This document shows, piece after piece, positions 26,277-40,118 of a DNA stretch of 64,000 nt (positions within the stretch are counted from its first letter, which is position 1; each line of letters starts with the position of its first letter). Made by a program: the position numbers and the translations under genes. The DNA comes from Strigamia acuminata (lineage: Eukaryota), in the NCBI GenBank assembly GCA_949358305.1, contig OX442314.1, positions 23,932,001-23,996,000 on the forward strand, written 5' to 3'. The notes under the pieces are model-generated. The model ran no database searches, had not been told where the DNA came from, and was given only the letters and a program-made list of their open reading frames with translations.

Positions 26277-27402
26277 TTAATACGGTTTGAACTTCCGCGA
26301 CTCTTTAAGCGAAGCAATTTTCTTCTTGTCGTCTTCGAATTTCTTCCGTAGCTGGTCAATGTAATCCCGCTTCGTATCTTTAATTTGGTAAGTGTAGAAA
26401 TTCAATAGTTCTCTCTGCGCCCTTTTCTTCGACTCCTTTTTGTTTATTTTTTCAACGTTGGTTTCCGTGCGCGCGAAACCTTTCTTCTTCCCACGACTGC
26501 TCACTGTCACCCAACCGTCTTCGTCCGGTTCGTCGGCTTTCTTTTTTTCGAGTGCCTTTTCCTAATTTAAAAATTTAAAAATTAATAAATGTTGATATAG
26601 AAAATTCCGGTATTTTAGATTGTGTTTTGACGAAAGTTTAAACAAATAATTGGCCATAAAAACAAATTAAAAATACTTTTATGGTCGTGGTGTCATAAAT
26701 ATCCATAAATTCATCAATTTCGGCCTTGAGTTGCTCGATTTCGGGGATCGAATTGGCATATTCCTTACACCATTCTAAAATAATTAAAATATTGGTAAAA
26801 AAGAATTAATTAATAAAATATAAATAAAATATACTTTCAACTCCAACGGAAAGTGGTTCATTTTCAGTGGATAAAACCCAAGGTGTCGTAAATTCCTTTT
26901 TCAACGCTCTTTTAACACTTTTTTCATGTTTAAAGACGACGTACGCCACTTTATAACCCTGCGAATAAATTTGCATCATCAGATTTCATTAAATTTATAT
27001 TACAAATTGTAGTTTTGTTTACTTTAATGGTGTGTTTCTTAAAAAAATTTGAATTTGTCGCTTCGTCAACACCGGAGGTTGGTTTCTCGTGAAAATAAAC
27101 AGCGTGGACTTGTCCAATAACGGAAAATAGTCGGTTAAGACACTCTTCGTTGCAATATGGCGGAACATTTAGTAATATCAAGGTTTTGTCTGTTGGTTTT
27201 AACGGATGAGGATCCCGCACTAGATGTTGTTTGAAGTACACGAAGCGACATGTTTTAAATTCCTCGCTAAACTTGACAGGTAGAACTACAACGAGAATAA
27301 TTATCATTAAAATTGTCTCCGCAAATTGTCGTTTTTGAGATTATTACCTCTGTAACCGGCAATATCCGAACGACAACACGATTTTTCCGTCGTGGTAACC
27401 AT
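26277..27402 (-). CDS. RRP7A: Ribosomal RNA-processing protein 7 homolog A, multi-exon
   Basis: TLILLNVPPYC RRM, GYKVAYVVFK, EPDEDGWVTV, ELLNFYTYQ and LRKKFEDDKKKIASLKESRKFKPY C-terminus. Confidence 0.93.
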
Positions 27403-27883
27403 GCTGCCAAAATGAAAACTAATTCCTGTCCGACTCCTAATGAAAAAATATGCGTGTATATATTTTTTTTTTTTTTTTAGTAAAAAAAAAACTAAAGCAT
27501 TTAAAGCAATTTACCAACTGAAATTTTACTAAAATAATAAAAATGAGTAACTAAAATAAACCTTTTGGTACATAAAAGTATTAAATTATACACGCTGAAC
27601 AGCGCCGCAGCTTTTACGCATGCGTCAATATGTGCTGATTTTTGGAGGCCTAAAGTGCATTTTGTATCGACTTTCTTTACTTTTTTATTGAAGAAATTAG
27701 ACGTAAAACGTGCCGTAAATTTAAAAAAAGGTAACGCAATATTGCGATGGACGAATTGAACGTGAGATCCAATTGAAATCGTCAATTTCCTGCACCAATT
27801 TCATTTATAAATTGGAAGATAATAAAACGGTGTCGTTGTTTTGCAGGAAATGTAAGAATGAGTTCATCCACAAGGGTCTATGC

Positions 27884-29186
27884 ATGAGCCAGTGCGTGCC
27901 CCTTTGCCATCAAAGTGCACTTCAACTTCGGTTTCTATGCCCGGAAGATCGCAATGAGGTGCAAAATCTTTGTACAGAATGGTTTCCCATAGAGTAAGGT
28001 GATTTACACCTTGAAAATGAATCAATTTTCTCATGTATTTTTCTCACGCAATAGGTATCCCGAAAGTTGGTATCGAGAAATAACGCACAGCGCCAAATTC
28101 TATTCATTGGCAGCCATTTATGAACATCGTATCATCGGGTTAATTGTAGCTGAATTAAAACCAAACGGGAAATGCCATAAAGAAGTAATTGGATTCGGGG
28201 GCCGCGAGTGGAGGGCTCGTTCAGAAAATTGATATTTGAGTTTTTGGAACGGAATTTTGTCAAGGTTCATAAAAAAAATTCGAGATTTACGAACAAAACA
28301 ATTGAAATTTATCAAAAATTTTGAGATATTTGAACAAAACAATTGAAATTTATAAAAAATTTTGAGATATTTGAACAAAACAATTGAAATTTATCAAAAA
28401 TTGTGCGATATTTGAACAAAACAATTGAAATTTATCAAAAATTGTGCGATATTTGAACAAAAAAGTTTAAATTTCTAAAAATTTCAAGATTATTCGAACA
28501 AATTTACCAAAAATTTGAGTACCAATTTAAAAAAAAAATTCAAGTTTATCAAAAAATGTGAAGATATTGAACAAAATGTCACAAAGATTTTAATTCTTTA
28601 AATGTTGTAAACAGGATCAAGGCATTCTTTCGCATAAATTCCCCACCGGAACACAATTAGCCTACATCTTAAGTTTGGGTGTTGTTGAAGATTTTCGCCG
28701 CAACGGAATTGCCTCATTGCTCCTCGACAATCTCATAGCACATCTAACTCATTCCGACAACGCTCAGTGCAAAGCCATCTACTTGCACGTCCTCACGTCC
28801 AACACAACCGCTATAAAATTCTACGAGCGACGACACTTCAAGCTGCACACCTATCTGCCCTTCTACTACTCCATCAATGGTGTCGCCCAAGACGGTTACT
28901 CGTACGTGCTCTATCTCAACGGTGGCCATCCACCATGGACTGTATTATATCCTTTTAGAAAAACAAAACTAATCGAAATAACGCTGCACTTTCGAATTCG
29001 AATGCATTTTTGTAAACCCTTAACGATGCGTGCACAGACTATTTCCGCCAATTCGTTCGTAAATTGTTTCATGTAGAGCCGTGTGCCATCCCCAAACGTG
29101 CAATTAACGGTCTGGCAGCTGTGATTCGCTGTATCCTACCAGGCGTTCGTCGCATCGCCCAATCCGCAGCTGCCATTTTCTCATAA
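27884..29186 (+). CDS. NAA60: N-alpha-acetyltransferase 60 (NatF); last intron is U12-type
   Basis: LCTEWFPIEYPESWYREIT, AYILSLGVVEDFRRNGIA, CKAIYLHVLTSN..AI.FYERR.F and GGHPPWTVL|DYFRQ...PCAIP after removal of the AT-AC intron. Confidence 0.93.
28280..28470. repeat. ~39-bp intronic minisatellite
   Basis: AACAAAACAATTGAAATTTAT(C/A)AAAAATT.TG.GATATTTG, about 4.5 copies. Confidence 0.85.
28947..29035 (+). other. U12-type (minor spliceosome) AT-AC intron, 89 nt
   Basis: 5' site ATATCCTTT, branch point CCCTTAAC (29017-29024), 3' end GCAC; removal restores the NAA60 frame (L-D-Y-F). Confidence 0.93.
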
Positions 29187-30155
29187 TGACGGAACTATAT
29201 TTACACCGCTGTTAGAACAACGCCTAAAATGTCCATAAAGCTTCTATACACTACAAAATTTATATATTATATTTATTGTGCATTAACTATTATTAACTAG
29301 ATAAATATTTTATTTAAAATTACCTCAGGATTGATATCAATAAATTAAAAATAAAATTTTACTTTATATAAAACGTAATGTTTGCATTCACGATATTAAT
29401 TTCCTGTGTATATTTAACGAATGTATTTAATTTTTAATTTGTTTTCTTTTTTACTGTGATACATATATTAATATATATATATATATATACTGATTAGTGG
29501 AATGTATACCAGATTAATGCTGAATTGAGCATATCAATCATCTTGTCCATATGTATATTTGCTTATTTATCATCCAATGTCGAGTAGTAGTGGCATAAAA
29601 ATTCTTTTTGTTTTCACTCAAAAGTTTGACGAACTATTTGACGCACCTGATTAAATGCTCAGAATAAAAGTAGGCTTAAAAAGAAAGGAAAAAAAAAGGA
29701 GGGATTTAAAAAGCACATAGCCTAGGATTAACGAGGAATTTTCGAAGGGATTTAACAGCAAATTCTCCAATGTAGTCAGCAAAATTTCCATTATCGATTT
29801 ATTTCCACTGTCACAAGTATTTAATTGTATTAATTTTGTCATTAAATAAAGGAAAATAGTGTAAGAAATAAGTGTAGTTGGTGATTTTTGAGCGACACAA
29901 GGAACTGAGGCTTTGTTGTTCATGTTCTCTGTCTGTAGTTTTTTTACTTTTCCCTTTTTTTTTTTTTTCGTAAGATATTTGTAATGTTTTTATGACAAAA
30001 TAATATGTATAATGATGACATGCAATATAAACCACCAAGAGTTTATCGATGTTTCACCACTCGTTAAGTTTCATCTTTGATTTTTTTTCTTTTCATTGCT
30101 ACTAAAAACGTGTCATGGTTAATTGTGTTTGTTTTCTTCCGTTTCATTTTTCGTT

Positions 30156-33100
30156 CTATGTTTTTAGTTTAATCAGGCAGAGACCGTTGTGGAATCCTTC
30201 CTCGTACTCGGCCATTGCTCCGCTAAATATCACTACAAAGAGGGCATTGGCTGCAAGATCGCGATACACTTTTGATATCCGTTGATCTAATTTGTTAAAT
30301 AAATTCTAAAAAAATAAACAAAAAATTAAATTAAATTAATTTTCTTTTTCATTTTTCGACTAAACAATATTACCTGCTGTCTGTCGGGGTCCACGTAAGC
30401 TTTGGCCAAGTTCATGTGCCCCAAAGAAAAGTGATATTGACTGGCATTCTGCCTCAAAAGTTGCGATACATCCTTATTCGTGTTTGCTGCAAATTTCGTC
30501 ACGTTTTCGGCCGCTCCAAAACCAGCCTCTTCTAAACTGCATTGTGCAAGTGCCTCGTTCGAGCCAACAAGAGCCACTTTTTCATCAAAATAAATATTCA
30601 AAAATTAGATTTTAAACTTAAAAATCATTAGCTGCCTTCAATCTTCAAAACACGAATTGTCTTATCTTTAAATCAATCAAAGAAATGACTTAAAACAAGT
30701 GAATTTGCAATTAAACACACTAAAAAGATGGCAACCTACAACATGTGTATGTTCTCAGAGAAATGATGTAAAAAACGTCATATCTTGAAAATTGAATGCA
30801 TCCTACTTTTTATTTTTTATTATTATTCTTTTTTTTACCTTTTTTATTTTGTTCCTTCAAATGATTATAAAAACTCGTAACAAGTCCGGTCCTATTCTGT
30901 AAATGTGCCGGGATTCCATCGCCAGGCAACCGTTCTGCCGTATCCGCAGCATTTTCGGTTTGTTCAACCGGTTCTACCTGTTCCACTGCAGGTGGAATGT
31001 AACCCCCAACCACAGCATCACCGTACTCTAAACCTGATCGAATATAAATCGATAAAAATAAAAATCCTTACAAATTCAACAATTCTTACAATTTTGAAGC
31101 TTATGCTGAACGAGTTTCATAGTTGCAGTACAATCTTCAGCTGAACAATGACCATCAGGACTATCCTGTATATCCGTCCTTTAAATAAACAACAATTATT
31201 CCATTTTTATCTGCATTTACGACTCACGAGCCGAAATAATTACTGAAGAAAGAGCGAAGACAATTTCTTTAAACTCGGCTTGCATTGCCTTCTTCCCACA
31301 AGATTGTATATAATACTTGTATCGATTACGTACGGATGAAACATCTTCGAAAAAACATCAACAAATTAATAAACGGACACGCACTAAACCAATAAACACG
31401 TACATTGAGCGCATTTAGATCGGAATTTAAGGATTGCCCGCACCAAATGGCATCAGCAGGTAGCAATTCGCTAATTTTTTTTTGTACATCGGATAGTGTA
31501 GTCGTAACGGGCTGTAACATTTCCATAGTGATGCCACTAAATTCCGTTAAATAATTGATTATCTTATTCGGGGGTTTAACCAATTCGTCGAGGATTATGT
31601 TCAGCTCTTCGTCCACGACGCTAACGCGCGTTACTTCGAGTACTTGTATAGTAGTAAGGCACTGTTTTAATAAAAATTATTTATATATATAAAATTGTTA
31701 CAATTAATCGATTAAAAACTCACCATTTCGCAATCGAGAGCAAACATTGGCGAATTATCCGTTACTTCGTCGTACAGATCTTTAGAGAAGACGAAACTCT
31801 TATATCGCTCGGACAGAGTTCCTTGTATTGGCAACGGGTATTTTTCCATCAACATCACTATGGGACTAAGTAACAGACGGGTTCGTGGAAACATATCCTG
31901 AGTGCCGAATCGTTTTTTCGTTGAATTTTGAATCTTGATCGATGATTCCGGTGGCATCGGAAAGCAATTACGCAACGCGCGATGGACTGCGCTCGAATTT
32001 TGACTGTTATCGGCTAATTTTCCTAGTTAAAAATTTTAAAAAACAATTAAAATTTACACATCTCAACGAACAAATGTTACTTTTTTCCATGTTGTACTTT
32101 GCTGTCACACTCACAGGTACGCATAATAATTCTTCAGCAACACAACAATTATATTGTATAGGCGGGAAAATTTCGACACCCTAAAATAAAAAATAAATAA
32201 ATAAAAAAAAAAACATTTAAAAATCAACACGATAAAAAAAAAACACTTAATTTTCCAATTTAAAATTATTATTTACCATTAAATTTCCTTAAAAGATTGA
32301 ATTTCCTCAATTTTTAATTTTTTCTTACATTCATAATTCTCCGAAAACTCGACTCCGACTATTACTAAATAGATATTTTATACCTTTACCCAATCAAACA
32401 GCGAGACCGTTTTAGGAAACCATTCTTTATGCGATAAATAGGTCTTAATGGATAATCCTTCCACAACTAAAACAACATTGTGACTGACTTTGCCTCTTTT
32501 TTGTAACTGACACCACCTAAAAAGAAATAAAACAAACATAAATCAACCCTGAAACTCGAACTAATCTGTCCATCGGTCCTTACAGTGGTTTATACGGTGC
32601 TAAATCTCCAATCATTGCGTACAACAGCAAATGCTGAATATCTTGTAAAAAGAGAGGAGTTGGTTGCTTATCACTATATCCTATTTGTGCTGCAAACCCC
32701 ATTTTTGTTAAATAAAACATAGGTTTTTGCTAAAATCAAAACAAATAAATAATTTTAGAATTGTTATCATCAAATGTCTTTAAATTAATTGCGATTTATG
32801 GCCACGAAATACCATCTTTTTTACTCTTTCACGTTGACGTTCCTTAAGTTCGGCCTTTAATGCTGCCAATTCATCCGCAGATATAATTACTCGTGGCACA
32901 TAATTCCGGCTCGTTTCGTTCGCGTCTTGTTTAAGAACAGCAACAGACATTGTTCCTCCGCCATCGTTTGATTCCCTACACGGACTGTGATCGTGTCGTC
33001 TCCGTTTTGGTTCACTACTCTCACATTTAGCCATGCTGTAATCCTCTTCACTTCGTCTTTTCATATCCAAAGTAACCTTGGCAGGAAAACCAAGAAAAAT

Positions 33101-33412
33101 GATTAAATTAACGACATGATTTGTGAAATATGACAACTATATCATCGAATGGAATGCCATTTTGTATTTAGCAGGTTTCAAACGACGAATGAATTGCGAT
33201 AAATCAATTAATAAATAAATAAATAAATACAAAATGACGGTCCACAACGTTTAGCTCCGCGCCACGTGTTTTTGTTTGAAATTCTGATTTCTTACCTTTT
33301 GCCTGTCTTCATCATTAATTTTAGCCATTTCAAGAAAAGCTTTTATTTTTCTTTTCTTATTTTCGAGTCGCTTTTGTTTTTTAGTGAAGATTATTTCTCT
33401 TAAATCAAACAT
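30156..33412 (-). CDS. REXO5: DEDDh RNA exonuclease (REXO5/NEF-sp-like), multi-exon
   Basis: PLFLQDIQHLLLYAMIG, FPRTRLLLS, SPMFALDCEMC, ELVKP.NKI.NYLT.FSGIT, GQSLNSDL.AL...HPYVIDTS, GHCSAEDCTATMKLV; ends GLCLIKLKT. Confidence 0.85.
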
Positions 33413-34413
33413 AATAACGACTGCTAAATATAATTCGAAATTTTCTTCGTACTCATGTAGCAACCATGACACGACGAGGAACTAAACTGGTAATGACATG
33501 TGGAACGGCATTTCATTCCGGAGCGAAACGTTTAGTTGTATTTTTTTTTTAAAAAATATATTTTTTTTTTAATAAAAGGAATAATCTAATCAATTGATTA
33601 TTTATTTATGTATATTAGTTTATCGCCTGCTATATGCACACTTACATTAATCGTAAACTAACTTTTTTTTACGTTTCGCTTTTTGTTGTTTTAACATTTC
33701 ACATTTTCTGGGTATCGCTAAAATGGTGCCTAATTTCAATTTACAACGAATATACCCTATCGTTAATAAAATGTTGAAATTATCTCCGCTGTTTCATTTT
33801 TTTCTTTAATCTTTTTCTTATCTAGGCTTAAAAATATTAAAAAATCTAACAAAAATTTCCGACGAAAAAGAAGAATTAACTTTTTTTTTCCTTGAGATTT
33901 TTAGTTCCGTTACGATTGCTTACGTTGCCGAAACCCACGTTCAAATACGAGTAAACGTCAAGTCAAAATAAATTGCCATTTCAACATGCCAAAGACAAAC
34001 TGAACGGGGCGAGCTCAAGATGGTGGTTGCTAGGCCGGCAGAAAAAAAGCTGGTTCACGTTCCCAATTTGTTCCTAAGCAACCCAAACAAACAACAAAAA
34101 TAACAAAAAACAATATCACTCTCGTCGCTATGACGTCAAAAACTTAAATCAATCTGGAGGACTGTAATCATTTTATTTCCAAGACCACGATTTTACAGCA
34201 AATTTTTCAAAATAAATTCCATTTCAAAAAATCCACAGAATAAAATTTAACAAACAAAACAAATTAAACTTTCTGCTTTAAACTAAGCATTTGCGCATAG
34301 TGTTACGTTAATGCGTACCATAATGCTATATAATAACCTTTTAATAGTCTTTTTATCACAAATATGAAAGCAATTCATTAAAAAAAATAATAATAAAACT
34401 TTAATTTAAAACA

Positions 34414-37400
34414 TCAATTTGAATTCGGTGTGCCGGATAAAGACAACGACGTTTTCCTCTCAAAGCATCTGTTTTTTAATTTTTCAATAGCAGAAGAAAC
34501 GTCCTCTTTGCTTTCAAAATACTCGACTAACGGCGATTCCGTCAACATGGAAGCTAAAAACTGTTCGAATGAAATCGACCACTCGGAATCGGGTTTACTG
34601 GTGGACCCACTGGAATCATCATCCTTCTGTTCCCACGTGGGCTCACCACCGGCCATGAAATCCTCGGAAACCGGGGTGGTTTCTTCGTTCTCATTCGTCG
34701 GTGTCCGGACTAACTCGCGGCTTTTAGTCAGCAAACTATCTTGAGACTCTTCTTTCTTGTTGTAGAAGTTCTTCCCGACTTCTCCGATTTGCAAAAGCAA
34801 CGTACCTATCAATTGATAAATATTTTACAATTTATAATTAAAAATTTCAATTTGTCTTCTATTCATACCAACAGTGGCGATAGAGTGATACATTTGCTGC
34901 TCATTCGGGGTATTAATGAACAAATCGTACAATGATTTCCACGTTTGAATAAACTGCTCTTGATTCATTCGTGGAACGGAATAAAGTGAGTCTTTATTAT
35001 CTTCACGTATTAAACAATACCGGAGACTTTCTAACGTGCTTTGACTGTCCAAACTGATCGATTCGCCTGTAAAAAGTGAGAAAAATCAATAATTTAATTA
35101 ACTTTCAAGTTAATTTTGTGTTATTTAACGCATTGTTCCAGATTGCGCCAGCAGACTAGCACAACTGCTTAAATTGCACGAATCGCTGTTGTCTTCTTCA
35201 AGTAGTACTGTTGAAATCTCCTCGGTTGCAGCGGTTTCTTTTCCAGGGGATAAAAGCGAATCCACCGACGACGGCGTGCGGACTGAGTCGAGGGAATCAA
35301 AAAAATCGGTTGCTTCGGCTGCAACTTCTGTATTATCTAACAAGTAACATAAAATAAAAATAAAAATCGACTCGAAAAATAGTAGAAAAGATTAAACATC
35401 GACTACCCGAAGCGGGCGAATTGAGCGCGCGCGAGCCGATTCCCGACGACGGTAAATGAATGACGTAAAACAGTTTCAATTTATCTTGCAAGTCACCGCG
35501 ACAAATTATTCCCAAAATATTAACAAATTCCTTGAAGTTGATTAAATTGTCACGGTTTCCGTCAGCTAACTGCAAAATAAAAATTAAAAATTAATTTTTT
35601 TGTTTTGTTTTTATTTTTTGGGATTTTTGTCGATTTCTCACCTGGAATAATCTGAGAGCTAAGCTTTCACTTTGTACATTTCTTCCCCACGAAGTTAACG
35701 ACGTGAAAAATAATTTGAACTGATCATAATCGACTTTATAAAGCTCGTAAAATGGCAATGTGGGGTCGTATTTCTCCTGCGAATACGCTAGGACCGATGA
35801 GCCGCAGTATTGCATGGTTAAATGCTCCTCTTTGATAAGTAGATATAAATTTTGCATTTCTTTCGAACTGAAGGATTTCTCAGCACCGACACTTCGGATC
35901 ACATTCTTCATAGTGGTGTCTTCGATTCCCTGAACAACTTTCAATCGATGTTTAAGCCGTAATCGTTCTATCGATGTCGTCGTGAGGAATCCGTAATTGG
36001 AATAAGCATTGTAAATCAAATCGGATACATCAATTGATGGCTAAAAATACAAAATTCAAAAACTTGAAAAACATTTCATAAAATTTTCATAAAAGTTGAA
36101 AAAATGCATAAAAGTTTCATAAAAATTGAAAAAATTCATAAAAAATTGAAAAAATTCAAAATTTTTCATAATTTTTCATAAAAATTAAAAAAATTCATAA
36201 AAATTTCATAAATTTTTTTATAAAAATTGAAAAAATTCATAAAAATTTCATAAATTTTTTATAAAAATTGAAAAAATTCATAAGAATTTCATAAAAATTT
36301 CATAAAAATTTCATAAAAATTTCATAAAATTCATAAAAATTTCATAAAAACTTCATAAAATTTAAAAGGAATTCATCAAAATCCAAAAGATTTCATAAAA
36401 AATTAAATTTTTTTTAAACAAATTGGACCTTTTTAATAGTTTTGTTTTCTTCCGCCTGCATGTGCTGTGGCAAACTGTCATCCACATTCGTCACGTTCTC
36501 TAAATATTCCGTCAACACTGTCATCGCTTCACCATCGTCTTTACAAGTGAGCAATTTCTCTTGATTTGCATACAAAATAGAAAGTGCCACTTGGAATATC
36601 ACTTTAGCGCCATCATAAAAGAAGCAATCGACGATGTTTACGGCGCTGCGAAACGGCATTACACTGAAATCCAATCAAAAAATTTAATCAACGTTCCCAA
36701 CACCCTAAAATAATGAAAAAACCTCAAGAAGATCGTGAGAAACCACGCGAGGCTGATCATTCCGATTAAACCGAGAGAATCTAATTTCTGATGAAGTTCT
36801 GGCAAATGGTCGCGCATCAAATCCTCAAGTACCCCCTGATCCACCAACGCCCCGACAACCTTGGTGTTATAATAATCGGGCAAAAGTCGTTCGCACATCG
36901 CCACCAAAAGCCAGAAACTCTCTTCTTCAGTGCAATATAACAGCAGCACCGATGCTACAATATTCATTGCTTGACAATAACCGATGTTAGGGTTCCTCCA
37001 CGCGTACGCGGTCAATACGCGTCGTAAGGCGCCGATTCCAACATCCGACTGAAATGCCGGATGTTCGGGCAAAGACCTAAAAGTCAAAATTATTCGTAAA
37101 TTTTAATTATTTCATAATTTTTCATTCAAAATTGACCTGTGCAAGTCTCTCTCGATCTCTTCAGTCGCTAACGAACTCTTTCCACGCACACTTTCGAGTA
37201 ATTTTTGATAGTACCCGACGTTCGATGATATTTCGTGTATGGCTCCGGAATGCAGCATCCACAATTCACCCCGTAGTGAAACGGGAATTCCTTTGAGGAC
37301 TAGTTCTTGAGCACGGCTAGTCCGGTACATGCACACCCCACGTCCGTATTCGGCAAAATGAAGTCGCCATAAATGTTCTTTAACCGATTCTTTAGCTGAT

Positions 37401-39294
37401 AATTCTTTCGAGCCTTCTAATTCCATTAAATTTACATTTAAAACGTCGTCCGTTGATGATGACGACTCGCTGGATTCAGTTAGCGAACTGAAATTGACAA
37501 ATTTCCAATATAAAACGCGTTAAGTTAAGGAAATGAGATTTAATACTTCTTGTGCGGGGGCATTTTGGCCAATAATTCGGACAATTTATCAACTACGAAC
37601 GATCTATCTGCCAAATTGGCGAATAAAAAATTGGCTTTGCTTCGAGTTGTAATGCAAATTGCATCGCTAGTCGAGATACCCGTTTGATTTTCCACGTTTT
37701 CCACCACTGTTACGTCGTGCAAGGGTATCACGAGTGAAACTAAATGTTTTACCTGAAAAAGAAGTCAAAATTTCGGATTTATGAATTAAAATAATTTTAA
37801 ATTAGGAAAAGAGAAATAAATACTTTGCTGCTGAAACATATAAAATTGTTTGAAATATACATCCGCCCAGACACGTGTTGCTTGTTATACATGGTCCACA
37901 ATGCGCAATCGGTACTTCCATCGAGTTTCTCGCCCATAGGTAGACGAAATATCGATCTGTACGCGTCACTATGAGCTCGAGCATCTAAATCTCGCTTTAA
38001 ATACGACGTTTTCTTAGGTACGTTTTTGCACAGTTTTGTTCGCAAATCCGTGTCGGTTTCAAAACCTTCTTCCGAAATCAATCTAAAATTTAAAATAAAA
38101 TTTAAAAAAAGTTAAATTTTCTAAATTTTTAATTATTATTTATTAATAAAAATGAAATTACTGTTTCATGGCTATGTTTGCTAGTTGTTCCAGTAATGTA
38201 AACGTTTCTTGCGTGTGTAGAAACATGGAGAAAAAATACTGCCAAATTAAATAATGAAAAGTTAGACTATCATCTTACGTTTTTTGGATTGTTTTTACGG
38301 TTTTTTCACGGGTGGCCACTTTAATACTTTCGGGAAATATCACGGAATTATTTCGCTCAATCTGCAGCACATCCGTCCATCTCAACGCCATCTTGGTCTC
38401 TTTGCCAAGCAGGTACGAATAAAAACAAAGATAATTAACACTGAGATACATCCATCCCTGTCTTGGAACGCGATTTTTCCAAAAACTACACGAGTAATCT
38501 TAAAAAAAAAACGTTTTATCAGTCGATTAGAAGTCAGAAATCATAACTGATATTCACAATTGACAAGTTTTTCTTGAGGCATGTTAAACAAACGATGAAA
38601 TCGAGCAAAAGTAGCTTTGTATGATGCGTCTTCTTCTGTTTTATTAAAGAAAAAGCTATGAAATATTCCAAAAAAAACGTGTAATTACTCAAATTAATAA
38701 TCACCGTCGTGGCCTGCACCATCCGGAATGTTATTCGCAATTAAACTCTCGATTTTACATCGAACAAATTCCGTTGCTTCAGTTTCGGAATTGAATTCAT
38801 TCAACGTGTAAATCATATTCGTTTCCAACCAATCCCAGTTTTCCATAATTTCCTGTTTGGTTAATGAACACGCAACCACTTAAAAAAAAAATTTTTAAAT
38901 TAAAAAAAAAAAAAAAACCGTCAAATTATAATTTTTCCTCGTAATTTCCTTACTGTAACTAACTTCGGAGGTTTGAGTTTGGTGTAAAATTCGGTAGGGT
39001 GGTGGCTACAAGTTAGAAAGTGATACGATGTACAATCAACATTAAAATTGTTATTTAAATTTTTATTAACCTTGGTGTCAAATACGGCATCCAAAGTACC
39101 AACAAAAATGGACGATAAGCCTTTCGTGCCGTGTCCTTTTCGTCTCTGAAGCACGAAAAATGGATTGGCTTGTTCGGTCACCCTAAAACAAATTAAAATT
39201 TCAAGTTTTTCCAATATCAGCTGATCGTGACTGTAATTAATTGATGTTACCATAACGCGTTCGCAATCAGAACTTCTTCGGGTCGGACCCACAT
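34414..39294 (-). CDS. TBC1D9: TBC1 domain family member 9 (GRAM-GRAM-TBC-EF-hand Rab GAP), multi-exon
   Basis: Exon 1 (39294-39251) [15 protein letters not shown], then [52 protein letters not shown] and [15 protein letters not shown]. Confidence 0.93.
36060..36400. repeat. Degenerate ~11-bp intronic tandem repeat (AAAATTTCATA)n
   Basis: Visible periodic TTCATAAAAA units. Confidence 0.8.
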
Positions 39295-39783
39295 CGCGTT
39301 CAATTGTTTCGATTACGAGTGGTGTTAACAAATAATAATCAAATATGAATGTTACAAACACAACATCCTTTCACTATAAAACCCACCTACTGTAAAGGAA
39401 AATGGTAATCACGTCTACGGCGCTCAACAAATATTTGAGGGGAAAAGTTAAAACCAAAATATGTGTAGCGACATCTATGTTTAGACTATGTAACATTAAA
39501 ATTAAAAGATTCAAACACAAGTTGTATTGGATATTAAATATTTTCATACATGTTTTGAATTTTAATAATATTAAATAAAACCAAAAAAGAATCAATACAT
39601 CAAAAGACACTCGAAAATATTAGTGGTTAAATAAATTCTCGCCAGATGGCACTAATCGACTTGTGAAAGATTAAACTCGCATTAAACCAGAATACGGTAA
39701 AGACAACTTATTTGACTTTTTAAGTGATAATAATTAGCCCTAAACATTTCTGACTGTTTTAAACTGTAAATTAAAAAAATTAA

Positions 39784-40118
39784 CCGTCAAATTATTATTT
39801 TTCCTCGTAAATTCGTAATTTCCTTACTGTAACTAAGTTCGGAGGTTTGAGTTTGGTGTAAAATTCGGTAGGGTGGTGGCTACAAGTTAGAAAGTGATAC
39901 GATGTACAGTACAATCAACATTAAAATTGTTATTTAAATTGTTATTAACCTTGGTGTCAAATACAGCATCCAAAGTACCAACAAAAATGGACGATAAGCC
40001 TTTCGTGCCGTGTCCTTTTCGTCTCTGAAGCACTAAAAACGGATTGGCTTGTTCGGTCACCCTCAAACAAATTAAAATTTCAAGTTTTTCCAATATCAGC
40101 TGATCGTGACTGTAATTA
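39784..40118 (-). pseudogene. Genomic duplicate of TBC1D9 exons 2-3 with introns (source ~38917-39239)
   Basis: Near-identical sequence including introns, with small indels; exon 1 absent. Confidence 0.9.
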
